64,000 bases of DNA from Octopus sinensis (Eukaryota), in assembly GCF_006345805.1 (NCBI RefSeq), contig NC_043011.1, positions 64,120,464 through 64,184,463 of the forward strand, in the 5' to 3' direction. Below the pieces are notes generated by a model. The model was not told the origin of the DNA and did not search any database. It was given only the letters and a program-made list of their open reading frames with translations. Position 1 is the stretch's first letter. The number at the start of each line of letters is the position of its first letter. The position numbers and the translations under genes were made by a program. Positions 40,385 to 54,240 of the stretch are shown in pieces.

Positions 40385-42060
40385 ATATATAACCTGCCAA
40401 AAGACACCTCCCGCCAGTACACCATACCGCACACACGAGCACTGATAACCTTCCACCACCCACACCATCATCTACACACACCCACACATTGCAGATCACT
40501 ACCATTTACTTCCTTCCCCAAATCCACAAACCCATCAACCTTGGACGCCCCATCGTCTCCGCCTGTAACTGCCCCAAAGAACTGATTTCTAAATACCTCG
40601 ACCGTCTCCTTGCTCTTCGTCTTTGCAACTTCGTCATTCCCTCCTGGCCATTCTTAAACTTCTCTTCACTGTTGTTATCAACAGTCTATATTGGTGGTCC
40701 CACACCCCGAAGGACCTCTTGCCCTCAAACATTTCCTAGACCTTCGACCCAATCACAAACCTGACATGTCCACACTTCTTAGTCTTGCCGAACTTGTTCT
40801 CTCCCTCAACTACGTCTCATTCGCGGGGGAGCGTTACTAGCATGTTCTCGGGATTGACCATCGGAACGAGAATGGGCCCCAACTATGCTAAAATGTTCGT
40901 TGGCCCATATATTCTCAAGATTCCCTGATCCCACTCCTGAACTGTACGGTCGTTATATTGATGACTATATCGGTGTGACATTGCTCTCCAGCGAACAACT
41001 GGACACATTCTTCTCTTTTGTCCAATCATTCCATAGTGCCCCCCCACTTCTCTTCACCATTTCCAACACTGCTGCCGCCTTTCTCGACTTTTCGGTCCAT
41101 ATACACAACACCAGTTGCACTACCTTCATCCACTACAAACACACCAACTCACACTCATACCTCAAAGTCTCCTACTCCCACCCTACCCACACCAAGCTCT
41201 CCATTGTCTACTCCCATTGGTCTGCGCAGGTTCTGTGGTGAAAACAATCTCCTTCAGACTGAGTCTCAGCACATGGCGCGCCACTTCATCCAACTTGGAT
41301 AACCCCTCACCACTAACCAAACTGCACTTGTCAGAGCACGTTCGATGGACCGTGTAACTGCTCTCCGCCCCGCCCCGCCGTCACCGTCTACCGTTTCCCC
41401 ACACCTACCACCCCTCAACCCTGTCCCTCCAATGCACCATTCTCCAAGCCTTCCGTCGACTCCAGTCCGGCCACTCTACATTGCACATCATCCCCAACCG
41501 ACTCTTTCTTTCTTTCTTTCAAACGAGCCTACAACCTACGTGACCTCCAGGTCTAAAGCTTCTTCCCTAACCCCACCGCCAAACGTGGCTCGTACCACTG
41601 CTCCCACCCATGCTACCGCACTTTCCCCTTCCGCTCAAACACTACCATCTTCACAGGCATCTTCACTCATATCATTGACTCCTTTACCTGCACTTCCACC
41701 AACAACATTTACTTCACCTTCTGCTCTTTCTGCCTTTCTCTATACATCACTCAAACGTGACATCGCTTGGCTGACAGGTTCGCGGAGTACTTCGCAGACA
41801 TTAGACTCGGCAATGACACTACGGTCACGCGCCATTTCCGTTCTGCCGTTCATTCATTACAACACCTGTCTGTGTTTGGATTGTCTTTTCAGACACTATC
41901 CGGACCCCTGCCTTCACCGTTAAAAAGGATTAGTCTTCTCTCTTCGCTCCTTTTCGTCACATTGGCTCAACTCCTCTCCCTTCTTTATCTAATTCAGTTC
42001 CTCTCGTCTCTTCACTCCTAGCTACTTCTCTCTTTACCCGACACCTGTTTCCTTTCTTCA
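40385..42060 (+). mobile_element. Penelope-like element remnant (RT + GIY-YIG endonuclease)
   Basis: IYFLPQIHKP..GRPIVSACNCP, YGRYIDDYIG, FLD..HYKHTNSHSYL, ADRFAEY..IR..VTRHF; frameshifted. Confidence 0.88.
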
Positions 42061-42499
42061 CTCCAACCTACCTTCTGCTTTCAGTGATACACCTCCCTCC
42101 ACACCCCACCCATAATCTGAATTCTACATATCCCATCAAAAGTTACACATATATCACCCCTACGCCCACGAACGTTCGCCAAACTCACACTACACCCTCA
42201 AATCTCCATACTCCAACACAGACACATCACACCACACACCATGACAACATATCACACTACCCCGCACACATTAGTACTCACCACTTCCCAACATCCACAC
42301 TTTTCTGACGCACAAACACACGCATATATCCACACAGCATGACCACCAGCAACTATCCACACAAACACACACACTCTCACATACATAAACGCACGCGCAC
42401 TATCATTTTGGGATTAACAGTAATTCATTATCTCCCCATCTTCCTCGCCCTCCTGTCTAACCACATTTGTCCAGCCAGTCACGATGATTGACCGCTAAC

Positions 42500-42665
42500 T
42501 GCATTTTTAAAATTCTCTCACCGTTTATTTCCTCATGTTCCTTTCCGTGGAAAAGCGTAGGCTCGGAACGTTAAATACTTTTTCAACTTCACGAGCGTCA
42601 AAATAAAACACCTGCTTGTTGTTTATACACCTGTCTTCGTCTTTTCTTTTTCTATAAATTTCAAC
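42500..42665 (+). mobile_element. Penelope-like pLTR, family C (degenerate hammerhead)
   Basis: ctttccgtggaaaagcgtaggctcggaacgttaaa, related to 53210-53350 and 53860-53990. Confidence 0.55.
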
Positions 42666-42688
42666 TATATATATATTTGTATATATAC

Positions 42689-42776
<88 letters not shown>

Positions 42777-42955
42777 ATATTTGTCATGCATGTAAAAGTG
42801 TGTGTGGTTAAATAATAAAGATTATTACCAGTGTAATAAAGTTTAATATCGTGTCTAAAAGTTTCTAGTGATTATAAATAACGTCCTTGATTTTATCTAT
42901 CTATCTGTCCATCCATCTGTTTATTGATTTGTCTCTTTCTCCGTCTCTCGCTGTA

Positions 42956-43009
<54 letters not shown>

Positions 43010-43114
43010 GAACGGTAGAGAGATAGAGAGACAGAGAGAAAGAGAGGGAGCAATATGATGTAGAGTATCTTTTTGAATACTTGTATCTCAGGAACAAACG
43101 TTTTGCACTTTCAG

Positions 43115-43165
43115 AAATATATGGAGGTCAGTAGATTTGGAGCCTCAGCCACCCGACGAAACATG
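43115..43165 (+). CDS. Paralog 3, exon 4 (KYMEVSRFGASATRRNM)
   Basis: ttttgcactttcag|51 nt|gtccgtaatgccgtta; intron start aligns with paralog 1 gtatgtaataccgtta; an alternative in-frame donor follows 43126. Confidence 0.75.
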
Positions 43166-43582
43166 GTCCGTAATGCCGTTATGTCTAATTATTTGCTATA
43201 ACAATACACGCTTATCTACAAAATAGTTAAATTGTTACAGCTGCAATTGAAATAGCGTCGCAGTAGAGTACCACACCTCTCTTTCACTTGCAGCAATTAT
43301 TATATTACGTAGCTATTATTCTCATAAAAGTAAAACCATTATTTTCTTCAAAAGTAATAGTATAGAGTACAATGCATGTGATACTTCCATGATATTTGCC
43401 CAGTATTTAATGTAAAGCTATTTTCATTGCAATACCATATTTGCATTTATTTTATAAACTATGAATAATATATCACTTGCACAATAGTAATACAGTTCTA
43501 TTATTATAATAGTAAATAAGACGGTGAGCTGGCAGACTTGTTGGCACGTGAGACGTAGTGCTTAGCTGTATATCATCTGCCG

Positions 43583-43800
43583 CTACGTCTTGGTAAATGT
43601 TGTTGGTGGAAGTGCAGGTAAAGGAGTCAATGATATGAGTGAATATACCTGTGAAGATGGTGGTGTTGGAGCAGAAGAAGAAAATGCGGTAGCATGGGTG
43701 GGAGCAGTGGTACGAGCCACGTTTGGCGGTGGGGTTAGAGAAGAAGATTTAGACCTGGAGGTCACGTAGGTTGTAGGCTCGTTTGAAAGAAAGAAAGAGT
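43583..43800 (-). mobile_element. Inverted fragment of the Penelope element at about 41505-41725
   Basis: Reverse complement is >90% identical by eye; preceded by a SINE A head at 43517-43580. Confidence 0.9.
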
Positions 43801-44036
43801 AAAATTGAATATGCTAGAATAGTGTAGTCGCAAATACTTGTAGCAAATATTATATAGAGTCTCATATAAATATAATAAAATGAAAAATGTCTAACGAGAT
43901 ATCATTGTTATATACCTGTTGGTATACATTCAACCGTTAATACAGAAACATTTGTTGTAAATAAACAAAGCAGGTTTACCTGAAGGTCTGTGAAAAACAG
44001 TTGTTTGAATAACACGTGTTCTATTTCTTATTACAG

Positions 44037-44090
44037 GTTAGAATGGATCTACTATTTTCTGCAGTACTCCTTTATAAGTTGATACAATAA
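44037..44090 (+). CDS. Paralog 3, terminal exon 5 (VRMDLLFSAVLLYKLIQ*)
   Basis: gttctatttcttattacag acceptor; 17 aa + TAA. Confidence 0.88.
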   Translation, partial: VRMDLLFSAVLLYKLIQ

Positions 44091-44624
44091 AATATTTAAA
44101 TAAACACATATTTAAATAATTCTTCTGCTTTACGTCGGTGTGCTATTTATTTTGTTTTTAAAACGAACCATTGTATGTAAGAAATATGTATTTTGTCTGA
44201 ATATTGGTTGAAACAGAATGGTGTGCTGTATAGTTCTTCATCAATAAAAGTATATTTTATTATTTGACATGAATTGCAGTCGATTTTCAGTGATCATATT
44301 TTCTATTCCGTAAAAGCATACATGCAAAGCAACATTTTTTTAATACATACATACACATAAACATGCACAGCACGCCCCATACACACAAATACACATCACG
44401 CTCCTATAGACAAACATATACATATATGAATATATGAATTTATGTACGTACACATTTATGCATAGTTTACATGTAAACTGTTGTGTCTGTACATGTAAAT
44501 GTGCAAACTTTGTTGCAATACTTTTATCGAAGTTTTGTAAAGAAAATAGATTGTTTGTAGACATGACACTCCACAAACACACACATATATGAGGAGAATT
44601 CCATCAATTTTGGGAGAGATTGTA

Positions 44625-45030
44625 CTATGACCCGGCGTTGCTGGGTCTAGTGCTAGTGCTTGTTGTTCGTTGCCGGGTCGCAGCAAATATTTCTCATCAA
44701 ATCAACTGCTAAGTTTCTTATCACATTTCAGCTTCGGCCAGTGTTGTTGTTTAAGAGCTAGTTGGAGCTTTTTATGAGAGTAATTGATATTCCTTGGACT
44801 TCGGCAATGCCCATATGCCCATAACTTATGGATATCAGGGGTCGGTGTATCGATTTCTTTAATGGCTTTCTGGGGTGACTGGGGAAATTTAAAGATCTTC
44901 ACGGACACGCTCAGACAATTTTGAAAGTCCATAGAAGACGCGAGCCTTTTACATGAAAAACTGTGGATTTGTATAAAGGACACACTAACACACAGGTACA
45001 CAGACAATATGCCGTTTATAGATATAGAGA
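44625..45030 (-). mobile_element. Non-autonomous Helitron
   Basis: Minus strand starts A|TC tctatatctataaacggca..gtctgtgt like 37247; ends cccagcaacgccgggt-cATAG|T. Confidence 0.7.
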
Positions 45031-45487
45031 TATTAATTTCAATGGCACTGTCAACACATTTGAAGGAGGATCCACTGTTTCAATGCACTTCGTAAATATT
45101 TCCACGATAGAAAAATAATGTCCAGACTACTCTACCAATGTGTTGTGTATCGTAGAGTGGAAAAAATATTCCTCGCCAATCCTGTTCGAAATATTTATAT
45201 TTGTTTAACGTTTCAATATTTTCTTAATTATGCTTGTGTTGCAGTCAATTTAAAGATAATGCACATTATTAGTTTAAATAATTATTAGACAAAGCAATTC
45301 CTTTTTCAGTGCAACCTATGTCATTAAAAGCGGGATCAGCCTAAGTCTATACACGATTTCGCTTTGTTAATTCAGTTCATTTTTCTGATATAAATTATAA
45401 AAGGTAATGATTTATGATGACACGATTATTGAAAAATGCGCGTGGTTTCTGTTCTAACAGAATAATCTGTCTAGTGTATATGAAAAT

Positions 45488-45790
<303 letters not shown>

Positions 45791-47189
45791 TAGCCTTTCT
45801 GAAATAATAAGGAATGTACAGAACTAGTGTGTCATCAGAAATATTCGTAAATTTTGGTTTAGTATGAAATGAAAAAAAAACAAAATAAGACCTAAATGCA
45901 GGTTCGTTGATGTAATCTTTATTTATATATATCTCATTAAGTAACTTGTAACTGCAATAGAGAAGAGAAGCTCCATCATATCCTGTAAAGAAAAAATAAT
46001 TACAGACGTTAATGAAACAAATTTTTCGGTGAAAGTTTTGCTGAAATTACCTTAGATAATTTGAAGAGTATGTGTCAAGATTTACCATTCTTGTTACAGT
46101 TATAATTGATTGTGCATTACACTAATCTCGTTAGTTATTTTATGAAGATATTATTGTCGGACTAACATCCTCACTCGGTAAAGACGGACATATTGCTTTC
46201 GGCATTTTGTCTGTAATTACCATTTGGATTCTTATTCCACAGTGGTCGACTTTGTATTCCATCCCACTGGTGTCGATGAAATAAATTCCAATTGAACACT
46301 GGGAGTCGAGGTAATCCATATACTTCTCTTGCGAATTTGCCGTCCGAGTATCAAAATTTGAACTCAAGATATTTAATGAACTTCTGTATTTAAATTCTGT
46401 TACAATTATATAATGATATTTTACTATTACATTAATAACTGTACATTATTTACATTATTTATAATTGACGGATATTTGTCCTCATCTTCTCTGTTGTTAA
46501 CACAACGTTTCAGGTGATGTACCCTCCAGCATTTTTCAGGTGTCTTGGGTAAATTTTAAACCCGGGTTCTCATTCCTAAGGTATTTTTCGATGTTATTAT
46601 TAACAACTTGTTTGTTAACAACAAACAAGATTACGACGAATATCCGTCGAATTGTAAATAATGTATATACCGTACATAGTTCCTCACCTCTTAAAAATAG
46701 AACTGAATTATAACTGTGTTGTGTATTAATATATTATAACGTAATTCCGGCACTTGTGTGAAATTAAAAATAATCAGTTGGTACATAATATTTAGAAAGT
46801 GCTTCATTGTGAATATACAAATAATATTCCTTCATTCATATTTATTTGTCCCTGAAGATAACTGTAGTATTCATGAAGTGGATATACTCTAAAGGGTAAT
46901 TCAAGGTATTACAAACGTTTATAATTTCTCGAATTCTAATTAAGTATATTTTTCTCGAATTCTACATAAATATCGCAAAACTTGTTAATATAGTATTTCG
47001 TTATTCGTAGTGACGATGATTTCCGGTGTTATTGGGTCTTTAATTATTTATAATACAATGTTATTAGGAAGATATTATTCAATGTCGGCGATGTAAGATG
47101 ACATAATGTACAGATTTTACGCACCTTTTTCTGGACAGTTCCAACACCACTATGCTGAAAGCAATGTTAAAAGTGTAAAGTTATACATA

Positions 47190-47250
<61 letters not shown>

Positions 47251-48802
47251 GTGCACATTAGACATAAAAGCATAGCAATCTTTTCTATATCTCTGTAAAA
47301 AACTTAAAATATATACTTATTAGGAATGTATACCTCACTTTTCCAATCCTGGAGGAAAAAGCGACCATGCTTTTCATTTATAAGACAAACCCAGTAATTT
47401 AAGAGGAGTGGAACTCCTTCACAGTTTATGTGTATTTTACTATTTGTTAAATATTGTTGATTTTGCTAAGTCTTCAGATAAAATAACTATTTATCAAATG
47501 ATATTAAATATCCGCACATATATTTCTACATAGGATTTTCAGTATTGAAAACATCTTTTATCAGTATAAAAAAAAACGTCTACGGTCCTCTGTCCATGAG
47601 TTTGACTCAAATCGACCGAAGGCAAGTATTCGAAGAACAGTGAAAAATGCAGCTACATTAAAGTCCGTAGTACATATACCTTTCATTTATTAAAAGTTTC
47701 TTTCCTTAAGGGGGATGCTTTAGAAACATAAAATAGAATTTATTAATAATTTCTACGTGTAATTGAAAAATATATACTAAAAATAATACTCGAATTTGGA
47801 CGCCCTTAAAAAAAGTGCCCGCGTAGAATCCAGAAATATGTCGACAAATTGTGTACGTATTTTCGTTTCAACAGCCATCCCAAAAATCAAGTAATACGCT
47901 GCCGGTGCATAGATATATCTTAAGACGCATCAATCGCTGGATTGCATCAAGTAATAAGAATCGTATTTCAAGTGACAAGCATTATAAACCAATTCCAAAG
48001 TCGACTTGACGATATACGGAATTAAATTAGGAAATCTCAGATGTTCCATAAGTTTCGTTCCTTTAATTCCTCCCTAGGTTTACCATAGAAAGAGTTGGCT
48101 TTTACACAAAAATTTAGGCATAAGTTTTCAATTACAGTATCAGGTACACACAAAATTGTACACGAGTAGCTAACGTTAAAATAAGTCATCAAAATGAAAT
48201 ACGGCAAAATACTGACTTACAACTTATTACTTCAGACAACAAAATATAAATAATGAATGTATCTTACATGACACGCTTTGTGAATGTAGTTATCATAAAA
48301 TTTGGCACAATCGTGACTTGTTTGATAAAAACACTTTGAATCACGCTTAAGTATACTGCAAAATAATCATAAATCAGGAATTATATACAAAATTTAACAC
48401 TTATTGAGTGCATCATAGACATTTCCAAACATTTTTAGAAAAGGCAGTCACAACAAACTTAGAATAATTTAATGTTTTTATATAATCTGTTTCAATATGA
48501 TAAGCATATCTAACAAAATTTGATATTCCGTATTGAAGCTGACAGATGTAATAAGATTTTGAACACATTAGATGAGTGAACACTGCTTACAGAATGCAGT
48601 TGGGATCCGGACACACTTTGGAGGGTCCCTAAAGAAAAGTGGTAGGTTACACTAAGCGAACACGATGCAGAAACATATTAAAAGGAACGCGCACTCAAAC
48701 ACACGTACATAAAACAAGCTGCATTCAGTATCCGTCAATCAAATCATACAAATCGTCTATCTGCCCGGACGTTTTATTGCCCTCTATTGCGTTTTTGTTC
48801 CA

Positions 48803-48862
<60 letters not shown>

Positions 48863-48866
<4 letters not shown>

Positions 48867-48990
48867 TAATCTGCAGGGATACAGGCATCCAGCAACAGGA
48901 CCACCGTAATACCATGATGGAACGTGAAGTCTGGCGTAGCATGGTAAATTCCATTGTCTCGACCACGGTCGAACGATGATGATGATGATA
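48863..48990 (+). mobile_element. RTE-like LINE 3' end
   Basis: Near-identical to 15155-15279; (GAT)n tail. Confidence 0.85.
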
Positions 48991-49488
48991 ATGTATATAT
49001 ATAGAGAGAGAGGGAGAGAGAGAGGTGATGAGAGGTAATTATGTCAATGAGACACAAATATGTTAGGTAATTGTGAGTAAGTGCAATGGATAGACAACTC
49101 TTAAGCTCCAGATTCGGGGATTATGAGAATAAGGAGTGCAACGTAGGTCGTATATCAGCATGTGTATATAGAATATGTTTTTTCAGAATGAAATAAAAAA
49201 CCTAGGCTGTGAATATTTTAGAACCTTTATAAATAGAAAGTCTTACAGCAGTTTCTCGGTTATTTATTATATCACTTCATTTATTATATCCCTTCATAGG
49301 GTGTGAGAAAATGTTTAAGCAATAGATAATTTTTATAAGATATGAAAAAGAGAGTGAAGTGTAATATTGAAAATAGATGTGAGATATGTAGGGATAATGC
49401 ATGCCTAAAGAATGTATCTCCAAATACAATATCCTTGCATATCTCACATCTTCTTTTATTCCACTATTTCACTGGGAAGAGATATGTA

Positions 49489-49558
<70 letters not shown>

Positions 49559-50415
49559 GTGTGTGTGCATTCTTGTTTGTGTGTGTTTATGTGTGTGCGT
49601 GTGTGTGTGTGTTTCTTTACATAAACTCACGCACACGTTGCTACGTTGGCGTGTTTCTTCAAATTTCATGACACTTTGCTGAAAAACATATGTGATGTAC
49701 GTACTTATTCTAGTTATTATATAATTTACATTAAGTTTATTATCATTATTCCGTATGTCATAAATGAAACACGATCTTATTATTATGAAAATTCATTGTA
49801 TTTTTAAAAGTTGCAATGCTATATATGTAAAAAAGACATTTATTGTAAAAGATGTTTGGCGAAAATGCTATGGGTTTGTAAAAGTTGAAAGGCAAGATTT
49901 GGTAAAAATTAACTTAATGAAATGTGTGTGTGTTTGCATGCGTGTTTTTGTGTGTGTGTGTCTGTGTCTGTGTGTCTCTGTGTGTGTGTAGTTAGTGAGA
50001 GACAGAGACAGAGAGAGTCGGGCAGATTCGAGAGATTTATAATGACTGGAGAAAGAGATGGAATTACGTAGCATTAATATATAGTATTATAAATACTTAG
50101 CATATTATTAAATGTAGTCGTGCGAATATATCTACCGGCAAACAAAACCTTCTTGGGGATACGCTTGGAACATCCATTTGGGATAATTACATGCTTCTTT
50201 ATACTCATCAAAACAAGAATGTTTCATCTCCACACCTAAGTTAAAAAACAATAGACAAAATACATAATTGAAGCTTTATTTAAAAATTATGCCAGTAAAT
50301 ATTAGAATACATTCTTAAGTAGAATATTCACCTCATGCTCAATTAAAATAATTGAAATATCTTTGACCTTTGCCTATACATGTCAATTTTAAATGTGTTT
50401 TACTACAACATCTGC

Positions 50416-51016
50416 AAATGAAGAAACTGTCACTCGCATAATTTCAATTATAGATTTGCCTACGCCTTTATATTCTAAATAATTTTGCATGAATATTTTG
50501 ATACCAAATTTTATGTTGCAAATACTTCACGTACTAAAATGGAAGTTATTTTATTATCAAACATTGTTGCGTCTCAGTAATTAAAATATATTTTTCCATA
50601 TCTTCAAAATTAAAGTCACGTGAAACTATTAGTTTATGTCCTTGGACCAGAGTTGATGAATTTATAAATAATCATTTCTTCTACAGGCAAAACGCCTGAA
50701 ATTTGCAGGGATGGAAATGAAGAAATGAAGAAACAGTCACTCCCACATTTTCAAAAATAGATTTGCCTACGCCTGTATATTCTAAATAATGTTGCATGAA
50801 TATTTTGATACCAAATTTTATGTTGCAAATACTTCACGGACTAAAATGGAAATTAATTTATTATCAAACATTGTTGCACCTCAGTAATTAAAATATATTT
50901 TATCATAACTTAGAAATTAAAGAGACGTGAAAAAAAAAAGTTTGTCATTGGATCACAGTTGATGAATTTATACTTTCTACTGCAGGCACAAGGCCTGAAA
51001 TTTGCCGGGATGGAAA
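50416..51016 (+). repeat. Tandem direct duplication, unit about 305 bp
   Basis: Units start aaatgaagaaac.gtcactc at 50416 and 50723; both end with the same SINE A tail gcctgaaatttgc.gggatggaaat. Confidence 0.9.
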
Positions 51017-51410
51017 TAGTCGATTATACCGACCCCAGTGGCAGAATCGTTAGCACGACGGGCGAGATGCTTAGCAGTATTTCGTTTGCCGCTATGTTCT
51101 GAGTGTAAATTCCGCCGAGGTCAACATTGTCTTCATCATTTCGGAGTCGATCAAATAAGTACCAGTTACGCACTGGGGTCAATATAAAAGACTTAATCCA
51201 TTAGTTTGTCATGGTTTGTCGTTTCTGTATTTAGCACCATGTGTGTAATAAAGAAATAGGTATTTAATTTATCATGCCAAAAGAATGTAAAGAAAATTCG
51301 ACCGCGGCAGAATTTGAACTCAGAAAAAGCGACGGGCGAAAAGCAGCTACATATTTTACCCGGCGTGCTTACAATACTGTGAGCACGCCGCCTTCATGCA
51401 GCTTTAAATA
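50980..51410. mobile_element. SINE A (+, about 51037-51258) nested inside SINE A (-)
   Basis: The minus-strand body is interrupted at ccccagt|...|ggtatttaatttatc by a plus-strand copy. Confidence 0.85.
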
Positions 51411-51879
51411 ATGGCAAAGGAATAGTTTGGTGGAACTTTCCCATTCGGTAGACAAGTTTGAAAGATTCCCGAGCAGCTTCCTTCTTTTCTTTCTTTCTTT
51501 TTCTTTAATGAAAACAAATTTCTTTCTCTTTCATCCAATGTTCACATGCCTCAATTTACAGGTCCATTACTTCGAGTCCCACTGCTTGAAACATTTTTTC
51601 TCATAGTAAAATATTGTGAGGCATGCCTCTAACTCTCACTTATTTCTTTCTAAATCATGAGGGAAATTGCGTTTTATTTTGTAAGATTATATCTTTTAGA
51701 AATCAGAATATATAACTCGGAGTTGTCGGATAGTTGTTGTTATTGCTAAGCAGAGAGAATAAATTTTTTTTTAACGCTTTCCCTTCTTTTTCATAATATT
51801 TGTGTCGTATTATACAGTATATCTATAGCATATAACCACTGATATAAACAGCAAACGGTAAATTCTGCGTTAAATATGA

Positions 51880-52470
51880 GAGGTTTTGTACAGAGAATTT
51901 AAACATGGTTTGATAAGCGTGTGGAGACGAGGCAATGGGTCGTATGCAATGTTTCGTGTGGCGGGGACGTTCGGAAATGCACAGCAACGCAACAGTGAAA
52001 TCAAGAGCATGTCCGTCACTTTTTCATTTATCTGCTCTATTGTGCACCGGGAATACGTCCACCAGAACCGAAACATCGATCGAGAGTTCTGCAGCGATAT
52101 TTTCGAGTGTTTGATGTAGAACATTCGGTGAAAAAGACAGGATCTGTTGTGTCCCAATAATTGGAATCCTCACTTTGACAATGCACCCTATAACCAAGCA
52201 TTCCTTACAAATGCGTTGCCCGCCCATAACAACATGGCATCGTTTCCACACTCCAATTCTTATCAGATTTAACATCTGCGATTTCCATCGCTTCTCAAAG
52301 ATAAAAAAATGTAGTTCAATAGATGCCATATTCAGGCCGTTGTCCAGGACGAATCGCATAAGACCGTCGACTAGTTTCCGGATAACGACTTCCAGACATG
52401 ATCCCAAATGTAGAAGAAACGCTTGGATCGATGTATGATCAAAAGTATTAACTTCTATTAACGATATCAT
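51880..52470 (+). mobile_element. Mariner transposase remnant
   Basis: KRQDLL..NNW.PHFDNAP, HTP..IRFNICDF.RFSKIK, degenerate forms of HHDNA and PYSPDLAPCDF. Confidence 0.8.
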
Positions 52471-52863
52471 GTTCAGGAACTGTTTGTGGATTCAGGGAAT
52501 TGAATATCTTTAATTTTATTAAAAATCAAGCAGCAGCAGGGAAGTACGTAACCCTGATAAATAAAGAAATTTAATTATATCAAAGTACACAAAACACACA
52601 CTCTAAAGGGTGTCAATAGGAAACAAACAGGTAGAGATACGAAAAAACAGAAGTTATAATTTTAAACATCTGTTCTTTCCAAACAGTATTATGAGTGCGA
52701 AAACATCTCAAAATACTAGTGAATGTCAGTCGTCAAAAATGTCTACACAGGACACTGTCATATCCGTCCTCCATTAGAGTCATAATCAAAGCAGATTGTG
52801 CAACCTGATGACGTATCCCTTTGGAGGTTTTCTTCACCATTTTGAAATATCTACTTGAACTGT

Positions 52864-52936
<73 letters not shown>

Positions 52937-53039
52937 TAAGTAGGTGAATGAATTATCCTAGTATGGACAATTCGGTTAACCGATACCCGGGTAACAAATT
53001 CACGTCAGAAAACACGGTTGAAGCTACTTTGTGTGTATT

Positions 53040-54240
53040 TTAACTATAAATAAGTGAAATGATGGAGTCGAACGACGATTTTAACAAACTTCCTTTATTA
53101 TCGACATATGTTTCGAAGACTGCTTATTCTTAATTCCGAAGGAATAAAGGGTGCATTAATCCGCCTTCTCATCTGGAAAGACGAGGAACCCATGTCAGCA
53201 TCATGACGGACAATTTTTTTTTTCATTTTTCCCCTTCTCTGTTTATTGCCTTTTATTCCTTTCTGTTGAAAATCATAGGCTCGAAATGTAAAAGACTTTC
53301 TGACTTTTTTTTCGAGAGTCCAGCTAATACTTGCTTTTCACACAACTGTCTTCTTCTTCTGTGTTTCTATATAAATGGAGTCCACATTATCACTGTGGAC
53401 ACCATATGGGAAGTCATCAAAAAGTTTTTACTCGTCCTGATGTTGACATAGGTTCCTTGTCTTTCCTGATGAGAAGGCAGCATAATGCACCCTTTATTTT
53501 TTCGGAATTAAGAATATGCAGACTTCGAATCATATGTCGAGTATAAAGAAATTTTGTTAAAATCCTCGTTCGACTCCATACTTTCACTTATTTATAATAT
53601 ATATATATATATACAGGATGGCATACACATAAGCTTCAACAAACTAAAAAACTACACAGGTGCATACACACAGGGATATTCAGTTATGTCTTCTAATACT
53701 CAAACAGATCACACGGAAACGAAATATGGAGAATTAAAAGAAATATATGGATAAAGTACGCACACAGTGATACACATACATTCTAATCTATTCATACATA
53801 CATACGTATATACACCCCCTACACCCACGTACACACATTTGGTTGAAATATATAGAAACACAGAATACGAAGACAGGTGTGTGAACAGCAAGTATTAGCT
53901 AGACTCTCCAAAAAAGGTCAGAAAGTCTTTTACATTTCGACCCTACGCTCTTCAACAGAAAGGAATAAAAGGCAATAAACAGAGTAAGGGGAAAAACGAA
54001 AAAAAACAAATCATATAGATTCATCAGTCCAACTTGGCGAATCATTCGCCATGCCGGACTAAGGAACACTACACGTTTTGTTTCACTTTCTCTCTGATTA
54101 TTTTCTCATATGGATTCGTGTTGAAAAGATTAATCTCGAAACGTACAATATTTTTGATTTCTTTCCTCGAACTAATACACTTGCTTGTTGTTCGTACATC
54201 TGTCTCTGTATTTCGTCTTTCTATAAATTTCAACTATATA
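53040..54240. mobile_element. Mosaic of Penelope-like pLTR fragments in inverted arrangements
   Basis: Family E (-) 53060-53207 / (+) 53432-53580; family C (+) 53210-53350 / (-) 53860-53990; related (+) piece 54040-54240. Confidence 0.65.

Noticed and set aside
46500-46550. Minus-strand hammerhead-like relic
   Set aside because: Core reads CTGAAAA and stem II is disrupted; only a decayed pLTR.
47018-47056. gacgATG-MISGVIGSLIIL* as exon 1 of a fourth paralog
   Set aside because: No GT donor at the expected position and weak upstream similarity.
48236-48350. Cys-containing frame NECILHDTLCECSYHKIWHNRDLFDK resembling exon 2/3
   Set aside because: Cys spacing and exon length do not fit, and there is no donor.
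49378-49486. Frame CEICRDNACLKNVSPNT resembling exon 3
   Set aside because: Weak acceptor, missing Cys5 and Cys6, wrong length.
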